Assembly (NCBI RefSeq): GCF_001949145.1
Contig: NW_019091360.1
Location: forward strand, 3,532,864-3,596,863
Origin: Acanthaster planci
Lineage: Eukaryota
DNA length: 64,000 nt
Direction of reading: 5' to 3'
Shown here: positions 53,801 through 62,800 of the stretch, piece after piece
How positions within the stretch are numbered: the stretch's first letter is position 1
Layout: each line of letters opens with the position of its first letter
Notes under the pieces: generated by a model
What the model was told of the DNA's origin: nothing
What the model saw: the letters and a program-made list of their open reading frames with translations, nothing else
Databases searched by the model: none
Position numbers and translations under genes: made by a program

Positions 53801-56800
53801 TTAAAGTCACACTGTAGAAGGAAAAACAGCGGTGACTTTGTCAAAACAAGATCAAACACTCCACATTTATTGAGCTGTAATGATTTGAAGTGCTGACCTG
53901 ACGTCACATGTGGGGGATATCACCAGAAACACCATGGCTTCTTCCTTATAAACAAGTTTGCTGGGTTTATTTTGCCGTCAAATCTGCTGCTTTTTCGTTT
54001 GCGTAGACATCGCAGCAGTTACACAACTTCTGCACTTAACCATTAACTGTGCACTGTTTGTACACCACTTGAATCGTGCCGTGGAGCGTGTGTGCCATCC
54101 TTTAAACTCAGTGCCCGAAGTAGCCGTGCAGATTGGCTTACTGTTTGTCCACAGCCAGCTCATGGCTGCTGACTCAGTACCTATCGTGTTGCCACTTCAC
54201 CCATTCTGTTTTTGATCTCGAGCTTCATCTCCGCGAGTCTTTTTGCATTTCGTGCTTTTCTTAAAAGTCCCCTGAAAACATTCGCTCAGTTGTTTGATCT
54301 GCAGTGTGTGTATCACTATACTCTCGTTTGTTGTGTTGATCAAAAAAAGCCTAAAAGGTCTGAACAACAATAAATTTCCAGTTATGAATATAAACCTTCC
54401 TTTCATTTATGCATCAGTCACACCACAGCACCATTTGTTGAGATCATTTGGGTATGAACAATATTTATATGTGTGTGCATACATAAGTGCAGTGTATCGA
54501 AATTAAAATTGAAAGTGAACAATCGATCTTTCTGATGATACATGTATCTCAAATGCTAGATTGAGTGGTTTCAAAAGCAATTTTGATCTTCGCCAAATAT
54601 CAGGCTCATTTTCTCCCCATCAAAAGTTCAAGGTTGTATGCAATGTCATACCCACTTTACATATTTTATTGTCAATGTCAAGATCCTGTTTTTTTTTTGC
54701 AATTTTCTCATCTCTTTCTCATGCAAATTCCATTGTAATTCATGCTTGCAGTAGAGATTGCAAACTCTCTGTTGACTTTTGCAGTTGTCTGTTGGCTCAG
54801 TGCTGTTATAGAAACTGTCTCGTCTTCTCTCTTCTTGTCCGTTTCTTTCAAACGCTCCTCCCCCCCCTCACTCTGACCAGGCAACCCTGAGCCAAGTGTC
54901 CGATGGTTTAAGGATGACACTGAACTGAGAAACTCCCCCAAATACCAAATAGGCCTCAAAGCGGGCCATGCCTCCCTCCGCATCCCCAAAGTCACTGCTG
55001 CTGATGCAGGGAAGATTAAGTGCGAGGCCAGAAACTCTGTTGGCACAGCTGTGTCCACCGCTGAACTGGTAGTCAAAGGTTAGTCCCTGAGATGGTGGCT
55101 GGGATCATGCAGGGCCTGTATCATGCTGCCTTTGTATTTTCTCTGGTACTGTTGCTTTTTGTCTTATTCCTACCAAAGCTAACAGTTTCTTGGTATTTAC
55201 ACTTACAACAAGTGCAGTCATTGCCAGCCTTTACCAGTGATTTCTTGGTGAATATTCACAGAAACATTGCTGTGTTTTGCAATGGTTCCATATTGGAACA
55301 GAGCCCTGGTTTATGCAGGGGAATGAGCAACTTAATATGGATGATTTTTTTTTTCATTCCTTACCCAGTCTAATTAAACTTGTTAATGTGAATCCCCCCA
55401 AATGAAGCCAAACCTAGTGGTACCATGGATGATGCTGTGGGTTTGATATGGAAACAGCCCTGACTACAAAGTATTGTAGATGCATGTAATATATGCTTGC
55501 TTGCTTTCTGTGTCGAGCTTGATGTGTTGTGGTTTTAGCAGTTAATATGCATGATATTTCTCTCCGGCACATGTCCAAGATTGGATTTGGATTTGTTGAA
55601 ATTTTCTTTAAGAACGAGTGTATTACCCTGCTCAATCAGATTAACTATTTTTATGTTATTGACCTGCTGCTAAGGAATGGCAAGTGTATTTTGTTACTGT
55701 TGTTGGAAATATAATTGATTGAATCCTTCCTTGCAGAAAAGGGAAACTGTTAACTGATCTCTGCAGATTTTTCCTTTTGTTGTGCCATTATATTTGTTGT
55801 ACTTGAATAATGTCGTGCTCTCAAGTTTTATGACAAATAGATTCAAGAAATGAAATAAGCTTGTTTTCTGTTAACCTCAAGGTGGAAATTGATTAAAGAT
55901 GCACGTGACACCTGTTTTGTTCAGTTTCTTTTGAATTTTGGTTGTATTGTTGAATAACCTGCATGCAATCAGTATGACTGACCAGTTAAGCCAATTAGAA
56001 CTATGTATCTTTTTTAAATGTTCTGTTTGGCATGACTTTGTATCGGCAGATGTCACAGACGCACCTCGCTTCACCCAACGCCTTCAGAGCCAGCAGGTTA
56101 GGGAAGGTGACAGGGTCTGCTTTGAGGTGACGGTTTCTGGTCTCCCCGCCCCAACCGTCTCCTGGTTCCACAACAAGGACCAGCTGAAATCCTCAGCTGA
56201 CATCCAGATTGGTCGGGATGGTGACCGGTGTACACTGACCATCCCAGAGGTCTTTGATGAGGACGCCGGAGAGTACACGGTCAGAGCGGAGAATGCGGCT
56301 GGAGTAGCGTCCAGTCAGGCTCAGCTGAATGTCAGCAGTAAGTATGGAGGGACACAAATCGTTGATATGAAACTGTAGTCACTGTAACATGAAAATTCAT
56401 CTGTGTAAATCTTAAATCCAATTCCTAGTGTAACGTGATGTGAACACTGAATACTTGAAGCAGGCATTTATACTGAAAACTTAGGGCTTCATCAGCAGGT
56501 TGATAAAAATGAGTTTAGTTGACTAGTTTGGATTGCAAACTGGAGCTTGTAAATGAGCCAGGTTGGTACTCCGTCAGCACATGCTCAAAATGAAGGGGGT
56601 CGGATGTTACTTAAGATCAGCAGTACATGTATGATGTCAGTGCCAACATGGCAGCTGTGTGCTACCCCACACATATTGAATGTGGTAGAGCTGGCATGCT
56701 TTGTTCTCAAATGGCCTTGGCTTTTTTAAATGGCTCACTGTACATATTTGAAAGTCGCAAAGGAAAATAAAGTATTGAATACCTAATACTCCTAAAGAAA

Positions 56801-59800
56801 GGAAGAACCACTGCACCTGACTTTGGAGTTGCTGTAATATGTGAAGTTACCAGGCCAGCCCATTTGGTAATTGGGATTGAAGTGACCGAGTCATGCTTGT
56901 TCCTTGACAGGTGCCAAAGGTCAGAAGGGTCCCATCCCTGCTGCGAAAGTGACAAAGGAGCAGGATGCTGTATCACACACTGCACCACCACCACCACCAC
57001 CACAAAGTGTGCAGCTGTCTGCTCCAGTGTTCACTAAGGTAAGTTGTCATGATATGGAAGGATTTGGTACTCCAGTGAGCGGACACTGTTACTCTACCTT
57101 AAGGCTGAATGTGATGTATAGAGAAGTGCAAGGAACATTTCACTGCACAGGTTGAAATTTTGTTTTCAAAAATGGCGTAAAGGGTTCGGGTTACAAATTT
57201 CCAGCTGGGCAGAGAAAATTGATCAAAGAAGAATCAAAACCAGCAGTCACCATGGAAGAGTCGCTAAACCCTAAGACATTTCTGGATTCTTCAAAACCAC
57301 TTGGATGGTTTGAAGGATAATTAGGATTGGAAAATGTAGAGCACAACCACTACCATATTACTTGATGCCTCTTGGAAACAGAGAACGTGCCTTTGGGTTC
57401 CTGAACAATGGAGGAATCAGGAAAGTCCCTTGGAAAAATTCATCGGGAGTCCAGGAGAAAAACCTATTCCATTTCGGAACTTGTTTTGTTTTATGTCATA
57501 ATTTTGTGTTGTTTTGTTGACAGCCCCTTTCTGATGTCCACACCAAAGAAGGGCAATCCACCACATTGTCCTGCACCCTCAAAGGCCAGCCCCAACCGAC
57601 CATTGCCTGGTACCGTGAGGGATCCAAGATTGAGCCAAGCCTGGACTTTGAGATGGGTTACAGCAATGGTGTAGCCACCCTGACCATACCTGAGGTCTTC
57701 ATGGATGACGCGGGGAAGTTCACCTGCACCGCTACCAACCCAGCTGGTAGCAGATCAACCTCCTGCCAACTGAGAGTAACAGGTGAGCCCATGAATAGTC
57801 CTTACTTATTTTGTTATAAAAATGTATTCTGAAAGCAGCCTTTTTAAAGGCAGCTAATGTATATCATCTACAGTGAGTCCGAACAATTAATTTTTCTTGC
57901 AGTTTTACTTTGTTGCATTTTTGTAGTGTGTGATTCACTGAGACTGAAAGAATAATTCATCAGTTTGGAAACATTTGTTGGACTCTCAGCCTACACCTTA
58001 AACAAGGGGGAGAAACCCCTGTCTTGAAACTCAGTAAGGTTGATCACTATACAAACATGCATACTTTTTTCTGCTTCTGTTCGGATTTACTAAAACTGAA
58101 TATTCGAATAATCAATGGCATTGAAGGTTGAATATTTGAATAGCCAGTGGTTCAAATTGTTCAGTCTCACTCCTGGGATGGGTTAATTGGATTTAGAAAT
58201 GACAAAATGCTACATAAGGACACATTCTGGCTGATTATTAAGACCTTTGAAGTTTGATAATGCTTCACAAAACCATTTCAAAGAGCCAAACCTTGTAATT
58301 CCTTCATAAATGTGTCATAATTATTTAAAGTGTGGAACCTTTTTATTTGAACTGGATAACTCTTTTTCCTCAGGATCTGGGAAACCCCAGACCAATGCCC
58401 TAAACAGCGTCCCTTCAGCTGACAGCAAGACGCCCTCTGCTGGCGACGTCAAGCCGGAGTTTGTCAAAGAGATGCAGCCGATGCGTTTCAACGAGGGCAT
58501 GACTTGCCGCTTTGACTGCACTGTCAAAGGGAAACCCTTTCCGGAGATCACTTGGTTGAGGAACGGTGCCCCCATCGCAGGGTATAGGTAGGTCAAGAAA
58601 CAGCATTCAGGATTGTTTCATATTATGGGTTTTGCCCTTACTCAACATGCATACTTGTATTTATAAACACTGTATACTCTTGGACAAGTACTGAGTATAC
58701 GTTGGGTGAGGACAAAACCGGTAAAATAAAGTTAACATCTCCTCAATGCAGAGTACATCTTGAAAAAAGATTGTTTTAGTCTGTCTATCGAGCTTAAGTT
58801 TAAAAATTCATGATCTGTCTACAAACTTATTATTACTTTTCTTGGTTTCTTGTCATGTTTTTTCCAGTCAGTGTGTTTGTGGCAAATCAAACCTCTTAGA
58901 TGTTCATGTGTATAAAATTCTTCCCAACTCGCAAAGAATGAAACTAAAATTAAACTAGTAATTTGATTAAATATGAAAGCTCTTTCTCTTCAGTTCTGAA
59001 ATAAAAATAATCAAACCATTGTTTCAGATCTTAATGTATGTCCACAATATGAACTGAAACTAAATTTATCATGCACCAATATATTAGGAAATGCCTTTGT
59101 AAATGATACAATGCTCGATTTCGAAACACCCAACTAGTTAGCAAATAAGATTCCCTTTTGTTTATGTCAGCAGTTTAACATTTGGTACAAATTTGAATGA
59201 GAGGTAGACCTGATATACAGTATCGTGGTGATAGATTAAGATGTATAGATAGGCTTAACCTTCTTGAACCACGACTTCGCTGCTTGCAGTAGCTAGAGGC
59301 TACAGATTAGCTTCTGCTCCAAGTTACTCTCTTAGCAGTCACTATTCAATAAAAGAATGCTTCGATCCTCATTTTAAAAAAGGGTACCAAAAGTGTAGCA
59401 TTGTTTACAGTATTATCTTCAAGGAAATTTGGAGTTTAAATGATTTGTAGACTTCTGGCAAAAAGAGCTGAAAACTTTGGCATCATCAATTTGGAGGCCG
59501 CTGATTTGTTTGCTGAATTCTTGTGTGGATCAGGCAAAATTTGTAATAGAGTTGCTTGAGGCCACTGATAATTGTTTCATTAAGGGCTTAGTGATTATGT
59601 CATCGATCGTCTTTGTGTAGGTTCATCCCAAGACAAGACATCAAGACAGGCTTTGTCTCCTTGGAGATCACCATGATGTTGGATGATGACATCGGAGAGT
59701 ACACCTGCATTGCCAAGAACGGTGCAGGGGAGGCAGTCTGCAAAGCTTTGCTCATGACTGAAGGTAAAACTCAACCAAAGAGCTAAGTTTACGGGAAAAA

Positions 59801-62800
59801 AAGCTGAAACACTAAAATGATTGACTTATCGCTGACTTTATTGTTGTTTACGTTCTCGGCAGCCAATTACAACCGATGGGCACGTCAGAAGTATGAGGAG
59901 CAAGTCCGTTCCCGGCCTCAAGACCAAGAGTACTACGCAGATTATCAGGAAGGCCCCTTGTCACCCAGCAGGGCTACTCTCCATGGGGGCAGTGTTGACC
60001 AGGAGGGCAATGTCTACCATGATGTCGATCAGGAGGTAAACAACTATCAATAATCTCTATTGTTTTTTTGGTTTAAGATTAAAACTTAACAAAGGTGCAT
60101 GTTGGTATTTTCTGCTGTTGAATCTGTGGAGATGGAATTGTTGCTGCTGCTTGCATTGCATTCTTTCTGAAACATTTGGCAGAATAAATGTGTTTGAATT
60201 TCTTCCACATCATTTGTTGCATCTTTGATTTTTTTCCGTTGGCAAAAGTTGCAGCATTATGAGATTTTTCCATGCAGTTTAAATAAGCTGCCTCTCTCAG
60301 AAACATTTCCTACGTGGTTAAAGCGATTATGCTGTAAAAAGATTGTAGGTTGAGCTCGCCAGCAACTTTTGCAGAAAACTGCGTAGTGATCATTATTTAA
60401 ATGGGAGAAAGTGTGAGTGAAAGAGGTTATTGATTTTAATAAGCATTTTTGTACTCTACCTGGCATGAATTACTTCCGCTCTGGAGTTGGCAATTTATTG
60501 TGAAACTCACTTGAAACTCTGGGCCACCGTAGCATTGATAAGAAAGAAAAGTAGTTTGTATTGTTGAAAGCTGATGCCAATTTGTAACAAAGCATTGTGA
60601 CTGCCCCCGCAATTGGTACTAAATTTGATCCTGTCTTCCCTTGTCTGACCAGTGCCTTGGACAGCTCCCCCCAACCCTCTTTATTTTTTTCCCCTCCTTG
60701 GTTCTCAGTACTCCTGAAACCAAGATTCTCCAACACTCACCATGGAGTGCATGGTTTTTATTTCCTTTCTCCTCGTTCCAACCGCATCTTTTCACCCCAC
60801 TAGGGTTACAAAATTTCCCCGTTTGAGAAGCGTCTTTTGCAGGAGGTAGCTTACAGGGAGAGGTCCCTCCCAAAACCTGCGGGTGAGGCGGGCGGCGGCC
60901 AGAAAAGTATACAGTCAGCTGAGGTATACTGTTGCTATGACAACCATTTGTTGCTATTTCAACACCCTGTTGCCATGCCAGTCATCTGTTGCATGAGTTA
61001 GATCATTAGCTGGCATGTCAACCTGACAATCATCGGATACTGTATGTTGTCATCTAATATCCAATTGTATTGCACAATTAGTTTCTTTATTTAGGAAAGG
61101 TAGAGCTCACCCTTTTGTGACTATTCATTTGTCACTTGTCACTTCATTTTGTTTTCTGTAGGTGTACAGCAACAGCCAGTTTGCTTTTGCCTCAAAAAAG
61201 CAGACTTGAAAAACATTTGCTTTGTTCTTTGTTTCTTAGTTCATGTACTAACATTAATTTTTTTTGAGTGTTAAAGATGTGAGTTTACAATTTGAGGTGA
61301 AGATTATGTACAGTGTGAGAGTGAACAAATACTCTGTTTTGTCAGAAAATATTTATTTGTATTTGTGGAAGCTGTTTCTATCTGATTCATCTTCTGTGTT
61401 TTTTGCAGTGCTGTATATATATCAAATATAGCATATGTTTGTCTCCGTGAAATTTACTGTTCATTCAACTTCATGCCATTATAAACATAGTCATTCTGTT
61501 TCAGGTGCGGAGAGTGCTGTTCATGTTGCAATTTGAAGTGAATCAATACTCCAGACACTTTTTTGTATTTTAACTCGTAGTAGATGTTTCCAGTTCTCTG
61601 TATGGAATGTAATTTAGTGGGCCACATGGGAGGCTAATGTGAGTGAAGTCAATATCGTCACGACTATATACGAGTACAAAACCTTCAGGTTGGATGAAGG
61701 TTTCAGGGCTGTTTATTTTCAATTCTAGAGTTTTTTCTCAAGACTGATTTCTTTTCTTCGGGGCATTTTTCATTGGAGTTACCAAACCATGTCTGCAGTG
61801 CTTTCTGTGCAGTCAGTCTTTGCTTTCATTCTTAAGGTTGACATTATTACTTCATAATTTATGATGTAATTCATCATAATGCGCCATTTTACATCGCAGG
61901 GATTCAAACCATCACCCTTTGAAAAACGCTTAATGAGGGAGGTCCAGTTGAGAGAACAATCGGCTGATCCATCCCCGCCTTGCCCCGGCGAGCAGGTAGA
62001 CACTCATCACCATTCAGCATGGTGTGCTTCTCCCCCCCCCCATTTCCCCACTGTTTCCCCACCCTATAAGTAGCATATGCACTTAAGGATGCGGGCATTC
62101 TGTAAGACAGGCTGTGTTACTGTCATGTTCTTGGAAAAAACTCATTGAGTACAAGAACAATTAAATGTGTTTCTAACATTGGAGCTTCCAGCATTTAGTG
62201 TGAAAAGAGACATGCAGGTTGTTGAGAATGTGGAAAATGTTCATGTTTAGGTTTCCATTCTGCCACACTCTTTTACAGGAAAATAAAATAATATAAGAAA
62301 AAAATATTTCCTGGACTACAGAGATGTAGTTTGAAATTTCTCCCCCCGATGTGTGTCATGCATGCCAAACAGTTGCCTGTAAATATTTTATTGTGCAGTT
62401 GTAGGGTGTGTTTTGTTATAATCCATTAAACATGAACCATGGCAAGGTCCGTTTGAAGATCTTTGCTTGTGTTCTTAATATTTTTGAGATGGTGAAAAGA
62501 ATGGTTACTGTAGCATTTTGCAAACCTCATTTTCCAAGTCACAAAGTTTATTGCATGGCCTTACCCTCCTGTGCTTTGCTCTAGTCCTTATATCATTCGT
62601 GGTAGGTGCCTCCTCCCTATTTCCTTCCAGCGCTGTTCGTGCATCAGTGAAACTTCTGTAGTTTTGATGAGTCAAAAAGGGATCAGTGGCTAACCAACTG
62701 TTCCTATCAACAGGTGTATAAAGTGTCACCGTTTGAAACTAGACTTCAGAAAGAGATAAACATGAGAGACCGTCGTCGGGCGTCGGCTGACTACCCAGAC

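Noticed and set aside
53940..54400. CpG-richer intronic tract with short ORFs on both strands
   Set aside because: Probably a transposon remnant, but no termini or TSD could be defined and there is no coding signal.
20999..58596. Minus-strand ORFs overlapping Ig exons (e.g. 24062-24421, 24901-25188, 54708-55076)
   Set aside because: Antisense shadows of coding exons; no independent gene structure.
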